Part shown: positions 1-8,616 of the stretch, one piece after another
How the letters are laid out: each line of letters starts with the position of its first letter
How positions within the stretch are numbered: position 1 is the stretch's first letter
NCBI GenBank assembly: GCA_946643435.1
Contig: CAMPCD010000005.1
Location: forward strand, 1 to 51,406
From: an uncultured bacterium
Lineage (GTDB): Bacteria; Bacillota_I; Bacilli_A; RF39; UBA660
Direction: 5' to 3'
Length of the DNA: 51,406 nt
Position numbers and translations under genes: made by a program
The notes under the pieces: model-generated
Databases searched by the model: none
What the model was told of the DNA's origin: nothing
What the model saw: only the letters and a program-made list of their open reading frames with translations

Positions 1-547
1 CTAAGAAACCATGTTGATTCATGAAATTTCTTAAGAAGAAATAGAACTTAGATCTTCCTAAGAATAATTCTCTTGAATCTTGATTCATGATTAAGTCTAC
101 ATATCTTTCTCTATACTTAATTTCAGTATCTTGTAATCCATGGAACTTTTCTGGTAATGGTCTTAAAGCCTTACCTAAAAAAGTTAATTCACTTACTTCA
201 AGTGACTTTTCACCAGTTTGAGTAGTTATAATTGTACCCTTAGCGCCAACGAAATCTCCTGCATCATAAATCTTCTTAAATTCTTCATATTTTTCTTCGC
301 CTAACTTATCAGCTTCAATCTTTAATTGAATAGCAGCTTCAATATTCTTGATTTTTACGAAAGATAACTTACCCATTTTTCTCATGAAACCAATTCTACC
401 AGCTATTGATACATTTTCAGTTCCATCAGCTAATTCTCTTGCTTCAGATATAGTATGAGTTGTTTCATACTTATCTGGATAAGGTCTTTCAATATTCTTT
501 AACTTTTCTCTTCTAACAATCTCTTGTTCAGATAACTTTCTTTCCAT
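1..547 (-). CDS. lysS: Lysine--tRNA ligase (class II), 5' part; runs off the window edge
   Basis: Manual translation from ATG at 547 (RBS AGGAGG): MERKLSEQEIVRREKL...IAGRIGFMRKMGKLSF...KALRPLPEKFHGLQDTEIKYRERYVDLIMN, typical LysRS anticodon-binding domain motifs. Absent from the ORF track because it is truncated. Confidence 0.95.
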   Translation of the reverse strand, partial: MERKLSEQEIVRREKLKNIERPYPDKYETTHTISEARELADGTENVSIAGRIGFMRKMGKLSFVKIKNIEAAIQLKIEADKLGEEKYEEFKKIYDAGDFVGAKGTIITTQTGEKSLEVSELTFLGKALRPLPEKFHGLQDTEIKYRERYVDLIMNQDSRELFLGRSKFYFFLRNFMNQHGFL

Positions 548-569
548 ATATATTCCTCCTTAAAAATAA

Positions 570-770
570 AAAAATGAAAACATTCTATAGGAACGAGTAA
601 TACCCGTGGTACCATCCTATTTCATGTTTCCATGCACTTTTGTATTTTAATGCTTACCAGCAACAAAACTCCAATATCTTTTTTCATTAAAATATCTATA
701 AGGCATTCCCAGCATTTAGCCTCTCTCTTGGATAGATTTAGATTAATTACTTATATCTTCCTCGTTTTTT
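570..770 (-). promoter_or_regulatory. T-box riboswitch leader of lysS (Lys specifier)
   Basis: Minus strand shows AGTA, AGAGAG and GCTGGGAA stem-I motifs, a GAA-AAA specifier loop, the T-box AATAGGATGGTACCACGGG (603-621) and a U-rich tract before the RBS. Confidence 0.85.
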
Positions 771-779
771 ATATTATTA

Positions 780-807
780 ATTATACTTGATTATTTATAA
801 TAGTCAA
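780..807 (-). promoter_or_regulatory. Sigma-A promoter of the lysS leader
   Basis: TTGACT-16 nt-TATAAT on the minus strand, directly upstream of the T-box. Confidence 0.75.
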
Positions 808-808
808 G

Positions 809-1828
809 TTATTTGATTTGATGTTTAATCATATTAACAATAACAACTATTAAACTTATAAATACAAATATATAGAATGAAATAAATCTAGATAACAACA
901 TAGCTCCACCTAGTAATGTTTCTCCATATATTGATTTATATATATTTAAGAATGCTGTTTCACTTACACCTATTGCTCCAGGTAATGGAATACTAGATAC
1001 AGATATAAATAGTATTGATTGAATAGCAAACATCTTTAACATACTATATTCCATTAAACCAAATGATTTATAAACAAAGAATGGTACAGCAAAGTAGAAC
1101 ATTACTTGAATCATCACTCTTAATATACTTTTAACAAACTCTATCTTATGTTCTTTAATGAATATAGAACTTTCATGATATTTATCTAATGAAGATAAGA
1201 TATGCTTTTTCTTTTCATCAGTATCTTTCATTTTAAAGAACTTAAATATTTTAAATATAAAATTAATTACTATTTCACATAATCTTGTAGAAAAAATACA
1301 TACCATCATTAATGTTAAAGCTATAAAGTTTAATGATACACCTACTATAAATAAATAAATGAAACCATCTTTTAACATATCATAGTTAATTATTGCACAT
1401 ATTATTCCTAATAATATAGTAACTATTTGGAATGAACATAAATGAATGAGTAATGCTAAAGTTGCATTTGTTCCTTTAACATTTTCTTTATTCATATAAT
1501 ATATTTCAACTGGTTGTCCACCAGATGCTGCAGGTGTAATTGATGAGAAGAAATAACCTATAAAAGTATATTTAAGTGCTTGAGTTATAGTTATATTTTC
1601 ACCTAATGTTTTTAATATCTTTTTAACATTAAATGCTTCCATATAGAAGTAACAAAACATTAAATATAAACCTAATAATAAATATAACTTATTACATCCA
1701 TGTAATACTTCTCTTAATTGATTTATATCTTGATTTCTAAATATCAAATAATAAGTTAAACCAATTAATAGAATGAATACAAAAAAATTAAATACAGTCT
1801 TTAACTTAAAATTACTTTTCATACACAT
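809..1828 (-). CDS. Lysylphosphatidylglycerol synthase TM-domain / flippase-like membrane protein (UPF0104)
   Basis: Multi-TM protein with FFSSITPAASGGQP and IPLPGAIGVSE motifs typical of this family. Confidence 0.8.
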   Translation of the reverse strand: MCMKSNFKLKTVFNFFVFILLIGLTYYLIFRNQDINQLREVLHGCNKLYLLLGLYLMFCYFYMEAFNVKKILKTLGENITITQALKYTFIGYFFSSITPAASGGQPVEIYYMNKENVKGTNATLALLIHLCSFQIVTILLGIICAIINYDMLKDGFIYLFIVGVSLNFIALTLMMVCIFSTRLCEIVINFIFKIFKFFKMKDTDEKKKHILSSLDKYHESSIFIKEHKIEFVKSILRVMIQVMFYFAVPFFVYKSFGLMEYSMLKMFAIQSILFISVSSIPLPGAIGVSETAFLNIYKSIYGETLLGGAMLLSRFISFYIFVFISLIVVIVNMIKHQIK

Positions 1829-1856
1829 ACACCATTATATATATAATAACACAAAT

Positions 1857-1881
1857 AAAAAGATTAAGTATACTTAATCTT
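1857..1881 (-). terminator. Intrinsic terminator
   Basis: AAGATTAAG-TATA-CTTAATCTT hairpin with A/T tract, right after the 1880 stop. Confidence 0.6.
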
Positions 1882-2449
1882 ATTTATTATTAACATAATC
1901 ATCTATTTTATGAATGAATTTATTTGTTTGAAGATACCATGAATATATTGCATGCTTTCTGTTCTTATATTCATTAAGTTCTTCTTCTGTGTAATTTGGA
2001 TTATTCTTTTTGAATCTTTCGATTAGTCTATTATAACAATTATCAATACTAGTTCTTAAGATAATTAATCTACCTTTTAAAGTAGTGATATCTTTAACAG
2101 CATGAAATAAAGTACAATCTATAACAATAATTTTATTTATATTTTTACAATAATCTAATATTTCATTATAGATTAAATCAAAATCATTTATTAGAGTTGG
2201 TAATTCTTTATACTTATTTCTAAAGTATTCACCTAATTCTCTATTAATACCTTTAGCATTAGCAAATCTATGATCAGAAAATACTTCATCAGTATCAATA
2301 TGTAAATATGAATCATCATTATAATGTTCTTCTACATATGTAGTTTTACCTGATCCAGATTGACCAGTAATATTAATTACTTTATCATCTGTTAATGTAA
2401 CTCTATAAGGTTCTTTGTCTTCATATAAACTAATCTCAATTTCTTCCAT
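1880..2449 (-). CDS. P-loop nucleoside/nucleotide kinase-like protein
   Basis: Walker A GQSGSGKTT, IIVID Walker-B-like strand, lid-like R...R segment. Confidence 0.65.
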   Translation of the reverse strand: MEEIEISLYEDKEPYRVTLTDDKVINITGQSGSGKTTYVEEHYNDDSYLHIDTDEVFSDHRFANAKGINRELGEYFRNKYKELPTLINDFDLIYNEILDYCKNINKIIVIDCTLFHAVKDITTLKGRLIILRTSIDNCYNRLIERFKKNNPNYTEEELNEYKNRKHAIYSWYLQTNKFIHKIDDYVNNK

Positions 2450-2450
2450 A

Positions 2451-3551
2451 TTACCTCCACATATTAGTTATATTTCCATCTTGTTTATAGAAATCATCCA
2501 TATAAACAAAATATTCTAATTCAGTATTCATTAATTCTTCTTTAGTATATGAATATACATGCATATCATATTCTCCACGATCTAAAGCTTCACCTATATA
2601 ATATTTATTATCTTCTATACCAATTAACATAGCTATATGACCTTGTCTACCAACTAAGTCACCTACTTTAACATTATCGAATGCTGATGGTTCAGTAAAG
2701 TTAACTACTTTACCTAAATCAGTCATATCATTGTAGTTATTTTTACCAGCTCCAACATCACCTGGATCATACCCTGCATTAACAAGAGCCCATGTTAAGA
2801 ATCCTGAACAATCTAAACCATTAGGATTATTTGTTTTTGTTGTATCATTAGGCATTTCACATCCCCATGGTTGAGGGCCTCTTAATGTTGCTTTTAAATC
2901 TTTAAATTTATTATCAGTTAAATATAATCCTTTATGATAATATCTACCTTCTCCATCAACATAATCAAAGAATGAATTAGATCTATCTAATCTACCATTT
3001 TCAAAGAAATATTTTAATCTATATGGAAAATTTAAAGTTAAGAATCTAACTGCTTCTAATGCACCTGCTCTAGTTAAATATCCTTTTTCATTTATTTTAT
3101 ATTCTAATACTTTATCTAATATTTCAGCTTCACTTTCAGAGTATTGATGACAAGTTAAATAAGACTTAGTATTATTAACTGTTGGTAATACTAATAAATC
3201 AGTTACTACTATATCTATTTCTTTTTTATCTTTACCATTAGTTACAGTTAATTTAGTACTACCATTTGAATTAGCTTTAATAGTACCTTCATTAAAAGAT
3301 ATTATATTACTATCATATTCATATTTTAATTCTTTATTATATTTAATATTAGTTGTTTCACCTTTAATTAAATATATTGATTTATTATCTACATCTAAAG
3401 GTATATTGGTATTAGGATTATTACTTCCACTTTGTTGAGTATTATTCTTATTATTTAATAGTTTAATACCACCTATTACTAAAACTATTATTACTATTAA
3501 TACTAATAATCTATTTAATGTTCTTTTAACTTTTTTCTTTAGTCTTGCCAT
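2451..3551 (-). CDS. Membrane-anchored NlpC/P60-superfamily cysteine hydrolase with an Ig-like segment
   Basis: N-terminal TM helix; GLDCSGFLTWAL (catalytic Cys), GDLV, GHIAMLIG (catalytic His). Confidence 0.7.
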   Translation of the reverse strand: MARLKKKVKRTLNRLLVLIVIIVLVIGGIKLLNNKNNTQQSGSNNPNTNIPLDVDNKSIYLIKGETTNIKYNKELKYEYDSNIISFNEGTIKANSNGSTKLTVTNGKDKKEIDIVVTDLLVLPTVNNTKSYLTCHQYSESEAEILDKVLEYKINEKGYLTRAGALEAVRFLTLNFPYRLKYFFENGRLDRSNSFFDYVDGEGRYYHKGLYLTDNKFKDLKATLRGPQPWGCEMPNDTTKTNNPNGLDCSGFLTWALVNAGYDPGDVGAGKNNYNDMTDLGKVVNFTEPSAFDNVKVGDLVGRQGHIAMLIGIEDNKYYIGEALDRGEYDMHVYSYTKEELMNTELEYFVYMDDFYKQDGNITNMWR

Positions 3552-3622
3552 ATAGTTTCACCTAGTTTAAATTATAGCATATAAAAAATTAGTAGACTAT
3601 AATATATCTACTAATTTTTATA

Positions 3623-4591
3623 TTAAAGTATTTTGATATCTTTTAATGATTCAAGTGTTTTATCTGTCCAACTAGAAGCTTGTATTTCAGCTATATGAGA
3701 TTGCTCTAATAAAAGCAAAAGTATTCTTGATTGTCCTATACCACCACCTATAGTATAAGGTAATATCTTTTTAATAATACTTTGATGATATGGTAACTCT
3801 AATCTATCCATACAATCACTTTTCTTTAATTGCTCTACTAATGATTCTTCATCTACTCTTATCCCCATAGAAGATATTTCTATTTCTGAATCAATAATGG
3901 GACTATAGATTAATAAATCTCAATCAAGTGTCCAATCATCATAGTCAGGACTTCTTAAGTCATGTGGTATACCTGATTTTAATTTATCTCCTATACCTAT
4001 TATAAATACTGCTTTCTTTTCTTTAACAATTAAATGTTCTCTTTCTTTAGGTGTAATATCAGGATACATATCTTCTAATTCTTGTGATGTTATAAAATAT
4101 ATAGACTTAGGTAATGATAAAGTTATATATTTATATTTAGTTTTAAGATAAATAAGTGTTTGTCTAATAGCTTTATAAATACTTTTAACTGTATCTTTTA
4201 AATAATCAATTGTTCTATCATCTTTATCTATTACTTTTTCCCAATCCCATTGTTCTACATATAATGAATGTAATTCATCTACTATTTCATCTTTTCTAAT
4301 AGCTTTCATATCTGTATATAAACCAGTATGAAGAGGAAATGAATATCTATATAATGCATCTCTTTTCCATTTAGCTAATGAATGAACTACTTCAAATCTT
4401 TCTTTATCTTTAGTAAAACTTACACTTTCTTCCACACCTGATAATGCATCTTGTAATCCTGATGAACTTTTAACAAATAATGGACTTTGTACTTTTGTTA
4501 AAGATAATCTTACTTCTAATTGTTTTTCAAAATACTTTTTAGTTTCATCAATCATTTTGATTAATTCCAAATAACTTAATTCTTTTTTCAT
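3623..4591 (-). pseudogene. asnA: Aspartate--ammonia ligase AsnA interrupted by one in-frame TGA (3920-3922)
   Basis: ORFs 3920-4591 and 3623-3868 are in the same frame: EVVHSLAKWKR...HSLYVEQWDWEKVI...PDYDDWTLD*DLLIY...SSMGIRVD...TIGGGIGQSR. Read-through gives 322 aa. Confidence 0.85.
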
Positions 4592-4671
4592 TTTTTTACC
4601 TTCTTTCTTAATTATTTTTTTTATTAATTAAGATAGTTGTAGGTACTATCAAATATTCCTCCTTTTCTATA

Positions 4672-4958
4672 TAAAAACCCGTATCATCCTACAAATAAGG
4701 ACGAATACGGGTATCCGCGGTGCCACCTTAATTATTACTAAAAAAACCATCTATAAAGACGGCTTGTTAAATCAGTAATCACTTTTTCAGTTCTAACAAA
4801 CCTAGCAACATGATAACGGATTGCTCACCGGACTAGTCTACTTGATTACTCTTTCGGTAGTCTGCTCAGAAGTGTTCTTTCATCAAATGTTATTATTAGT
4901 TCACACTATACCTAACTCACTTGAATAACTTAGTTGATTACTTTTCTTCTTCAACGCA
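4672..4958 (-). promoter_or_regulatory. T-box riboswitch leader of asnA (Asn specifier AAC)
   Basis: Specifier loop GAAAG-AAC-A (AAC at 4874-4876), T-box AATTAAGGTGGCACCGCGGA (4714-4733), terminator ACCCGTAT...ATACGGGT-TTTT (4672-4713), upstream TTGCAT...TATATT promoter. Confidence 0.9.
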
Positions 4959-5018
4959 ATTTAAATATACCACATTAATACTTTTCATGCAAATTAACAA
5001 AAGAAGTAAGATATACTC

Positions 5019-5837
5019 TTACTTCTTAATTCTAATAATTGATAATAATTTAAATAGTAAGAATACTATTAAATTAGCAATTACAATAGTTGCTCCTGTT
5101 GGAGTAGCGTATATAAATGATATATATAATCCAACAATAAATGATATTATTGAAATAATAATACTAGATATAATTACACTTTTAAATTTCTTAAATAATT
5201 GCATTGATGAAAGTGTTGGGAATATTATTAAACTTGAAATTAATAAAGATCCCATTAATCTCATACCTAATACAACTACTATTGAACATAAACTTGCAAA
5301 TATCATATTATATAAATCTGTTTTAACACCTATTGATTTAGCAAATCTCTCATCAAATGTTATAGCAAATATCTTATTATATGAGAATACATATAATAGA
5401 ATAACTATTATAGATAAGATTATACTTACTATAATATCTTTTTCATTTATAGATAGAATACTACCAAATAAATAATTATTAATATCGGTATTAACACCTT
5501 TAGTAATAGAAATAATAAAGGTACCTATTGCTAAAGAACTTGCAGATATTATAGCTATAGCTGAATCACCATGTATTTTACTATTATCATTTAATCTTAA
5601 TATTAAGAATGAAACAACAATAACTAATGGTATAGCAAACTCTAATGGAGCTATTCCTAAAACTGTAGCAATTGCAAAAGCACCAAATCCTACATGTGAT
5701 AAACCATCACCTATCATAGAGTTTCTTCTTAATACTAATGATACACCTATTAAAGATGCACATAAGGAAATAAGTATACCAACTATAAAGGCTCTTACAA
5801 TGAAAGTGTATGAAAACATTTCAACTATACTACTCAT
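5019..5837 (-). CDS. znuB: Zn/Mn ABC transporter permease
   Basis: ABC-3 family motifs MIGDGLSHVGF, YLFGSIL, ITFDERFAKSIG. Confidence 0.85.
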   Translation of the reverse strand: MSSIVEMFSYTFIVRAFIVGILISLCASLIGVSLVLRRNSMIGDGLSHVGFGAFAIATVLGIAPLEFAIPLVIVVSFLILRLNDNSKIHGDSAIAIISASSLAIGTFIISITKGVNTDINNYLFGSILSINEKDIIVSIILSIIVILLYVFSYNKIFAITFDERFAKSIGVKTDLYNMIFASLCSIVVVLGMRLMGSLLISSLIIFPTLSSMQLFKKFKSVIISSIIISIISFIVGLYISFIYATPTGATIVIANLIVFLLFKLLSIIRIKK

Positions 5838-6510
5838 GATGCACCTTCTTTACAAATTCTTCAGTAGAACCAAAGAATATCTTATCTTCTCTTAATGATA
5901 ATATCTTATTACCTATCAAATTATTATGATCTAAATCGTGAGTAATCATGATAATAGTAATACCATGATTCTCATTTAATTCTTTTAAAGTCTTATATAA
6001 ATCTTGTTTAGATTTAGTGTCTAAATTATTAGATGGTTCATCTAATATTAATAATTTAGATGTAGCACATAAACTTCTAGCTAATAATACTTTTTGTCTT
6101 TGTCCTCCTGATAAATCACAGAAGTTTTTATTCTTTAATTTATCAATACCTAATAACTTAAGATTCTTATCTGCCATATCTTTTTCTTTTTTAGTATAAA
6201 ATGATCTTAATCCCATACTATTTAAAGTACCAGATAAAACTATTTCATATACTGATGCAGGAAAGCTAGAATCTACTTTTGTTTCTTGAGGCATATAGCC
6301 AATAAAATTTTGTTTTAAATTATTATAAATAACTTTACCTTTTTTAGGTTTAATCAATCCAAGTATACCTTTAACTAAAGTTGATTTACCAGATCCATTT
6401 GGTCCAACAATACAAATGAAATCTTTATCATCTATAGTCATATCTATATCTTTTAATACTATATGATTTTCATAACCTAATGTAACATTTTTTAATTCTA
6501 TTAAATTCAT
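5830..6510 (-). CDS. znuC: Zn/Mn ABC transporter ATP-binding protein
   Basis: GPNGSGKST, LSGGQRQKV, LILDEP, ITHD. Confidence 0.88.
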   Translation of the reverse strand: MNLIELKNVTLGYENHIVLKDIDMTIDDKDFICIVGPNGSGKSTLVKGILGLIKPKKGKVIYNNLKQNFIGYMPQETKVDSSFPASVYEIVLSGTLNSMGLRSFYTKKEKDMADKNLKLLGIDKLKNKNFCDLSGGQRQKVLLARSLCATSKLLILDEPSNNLDTKSKQDLYKTLKELNENHGITIIMITHDLDHNNLIGNKILSLREDKIFFGSTEEFVKKVHHE

Positions 6511-7448
6511 TAGTTAATCGCTTCCTTTAATACTTCTATATTACTCTTCATAATATCAACATATGTTATACCTGCATCAAAATCATCTTGAGATATATTA
6601 TGAGCAGTCTTAAATTCTAATACCTTAGCTCCTGTTTCATCAGCTATTGTTTTAGCAATATTACCATTAGATAATTCTATATGGAATATAACTGGGATAT
6701 TATCTTTCTTTACTTTATTTATTAAGAATGTAATTGTTTTTGCACTTGGTTCAGTTTGTTCTGAACAACCTGGAAATGCAGCATAATAAGATAATCCGTA
6801 TTCTTCTACAAAATATCTAATTGGGAATCTATCACCAAATATTATTTCTTTCCTCTTAGCATTCTTAACAAGGCTTCTTATTTCATTATCGATATTAGAT
6901 AATTCGTTAATATAGTTATTAGAGTTATCTTCATATAATGATTTATTATCATTATCAACTTTGATTATTTCTTCTTTTAATTTATTAATAATAGTAATTG
7001 CATTTATAGGTGAAGTCCATACATGTTCATCGTATTCAACTTCTTCTTCCTCTTCTTTTTCTTCTTCCATACCTTCAACATGTTCTTCTTCTACTACATC
7101 AACTAAATCCATTAATTTAATTATTTTAGTTTTATCTGTATTTATATCTTTTAATACATCTTCAATCCAATTATCAGAGTCTCCTCCAACATAGATAAAA
7201 ATATCAGCATTAGATATATTAATAATATCTTGAGGTGTTGGTTCATAGCTATGCATTTCAGAACCTGGTTTTAATAACATTTTTACATCAAAATCTTTTG
7301 AATCTTTAGTTATTGCTCTAGCAAAATCATATCCTGGAAAACTAGTAGAAATAATAGTATATTTAGCTGTTTCTTTTTTACTAGCGCATCCACTTAAAAT
7401 TAATAAACTTATAAATACAAATGATAAAATATATATTAATTTTTTCAT
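6510..7448 (-). CDS. znuA: Zn/Mn ABC transporter substrate-binding lipoprotein
   Basis: Start moved to MKKLIYIL (ATG at 7448); lipobox LSGC; MHSYEPTP and DEHVWTSP metal-ligand motifs. Metal specificity not certain. Confidence 0.85.
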   Translation of the reverse strand: MKKLIYILSFVFISLLILSGCASKKETAKYTIISTSFPGYDFARAITKDSKDFDVKMLLKPGSEMHSYEPTPQDIINISNADIFIYVGGDSDNWIEDVLKDINTDKTKIIKLMDLVDVVEEEHVEGMEEEKEEEEEVEYDEHVWTSPINAITIINKLKEEIIKVDNDNKSLYEDNSNNYINELSNIDNEIRSLVKNAKRKEIIFGDRFPIRYFVEEYGLSYYAAFPGCSEQTEPSAKTITFLINKVKKDNIPVIFHIELSNGNIAKTIADETGAKVLEFKTAHNISQDDFDAGITYVDIMKSNIEVLKEAIN

Positions 7449-7449
7449 A

Positions 7450-7848
7450 CTAATACTCCTTACTACAATTCTTACATATACCATTTATGATGATATGTTC
7501 TTTATTAGGTTTAAAATCATGCTCTTTAAATATATGTTTAGTTAAACCATCAATACAATCACAGTCAACATGTTCTAAATCTCCACACTTATCACACTTT
7601 AAATAAAAGTGATTCTCTTCTTCACATTTACTTAAATATTGATAATGTGTTGTATTATCATTAGATATAGATTTTAATAGTATTCCTTCTTCTACTAATT
7701 TATCAACTAATCTATATATTGTTGTTAATCCTATACTCTTATTTAATTCTTCATATATTTCTTTAACAGTAAACTCTTTCTTTTCTTTCTTTATAGTATT
7801 TACTATTAATTCTTTTTGTTTTGTATTATATGTATCACTTCTAGGCAT
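7450..7848 (-). CDS. Fur-family metalloregulator (Zur-like by context)
   Basis: GLTTIYR helix, HFYLKCDKCG and C-terminal GICKNC CxxC motifs; first gene of the metal ABC operon. Confidence 0.85.
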   Translation of the reverse strand: MPRSDTYNTKQKELIVNTIKKEKKEFTVKEIYEELNKSIGLTTIYRLVDKLVEEGILLKSISNDNTTHYQYLSKCEEENHFYLKCDKCGDLEHVDCDCIDGLTKHIFKEHDFKPNKEHIIINGICKNCSKEY

Positions 7849-7866
7849 ATAATCATCCCTTCAATT

Positions 7867-7881
7867 TGAAAATCATTTTCA
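7867..7881. promoter_or_regulatory. Fur-family 7-1-7 operator
   Basis: Perfect palindrome TGAAAAT-C-ATTTTCA between the -10 (TATAAT 7888-7893; -35 TTGCAA 7910-7915) and the RBS of the regulator. Confidence 0.75.
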
Positions 7882-7940
7882 TATTAGATTATACACTAAA
7901 AATATATAATTGCAACAAAAAACTAAGATTTCTCTTAGTT

Positions 7941-8345
7941 TTAATCATGCATAGCTTCTTTATTTTGTTCTTCAACAGTTGTTACTATACCATCTTTATA
8001 TTTACCATATAAACAGATTGGTCTTTTATCTTCATCTTTTAAGACACCAAAATAAATATCAAATTCATCATCATTAACAGTTCTAGATATATAATCTAAA
8101 TGTGTTAATGCTTCTTTAATTAATTCATCATCATACATGTAATTTCCTTTATAGAATACTACATGTCCATCTAAATAATAACCTCTTATAAGATTACTAA
8201 ATTCTTTAGAAGTTATTCCTAATAACATTGCAAAGTCATAGTTGCTCATAGAAGATCCTGGTGGTTTAAATACAATTTTATTATTAACTATTAAGAATGC
8301 TTTTCTTGTTTTTGTGTTTCTTTCATCACCAAAAATATATTCCAT
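7941..8345 (-). CDS. Hypothetical protein
   Basis: 134-aa ORF with RBS AAGGAG and a downstream hairpin terminator (about 7917-7941); no recognisable motif. Confidence 0.7.
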   Translation of the reverse strand: MEYIFGDERNTKTRKAFLIVNNKIVFKPPGSSMSNYDFAMLLGITSKEFSNLIRGYYLDGHVVFYKGNYMYDDELIKEALTHLDYISRTVNDDEFDIYFGVLKDEDKRPICLYGKYKDGIVTTVEEQNKEAMHD

Positions 8346-8589
8346 ATTAGCTCCTTTTTTATTTGTTTATTTTTTAAATATTTTCTAAATAAAACTTTTT
8401 TTTCTTAATAAAGCCAAAATATATACAAAAGATATAATTAATAACACCAATGAAAATAATTTTTCATATACTACCTCTTAATATATATCCAAGTTGCGAT
8501 TATCATCAAGTATCTTTATAATTTAATTCTAACATCAAATTTTATCTTTATTCAATAATTATTATTAAATAATTATTATAACTGTAAAC

Positions 8590-8615
8590 AAAAAAAAGGA
8601 GTTATACTCCTTTTT
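8590..8615 (-). terminator. Intrinsic terminator closing the ATPase/surface-protein operon
   Basis: AAAAAGGAG-TATAA-CTCCTTTTTTTT on the minus strand, immediately after the 8617 stop. Confidence 0.75.
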
Positions 8616-8616
8616 A

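Noticed and set aside
8385-8467. Small hydrophobic peptide gene after RBS AAGAGG (MKKLFSLVLLII...)
   Set aside because: As given, the frame closes after 9 codons; the hydrophobic reading needs an extra A in a homopolymer, so it cannot be supported without reads.
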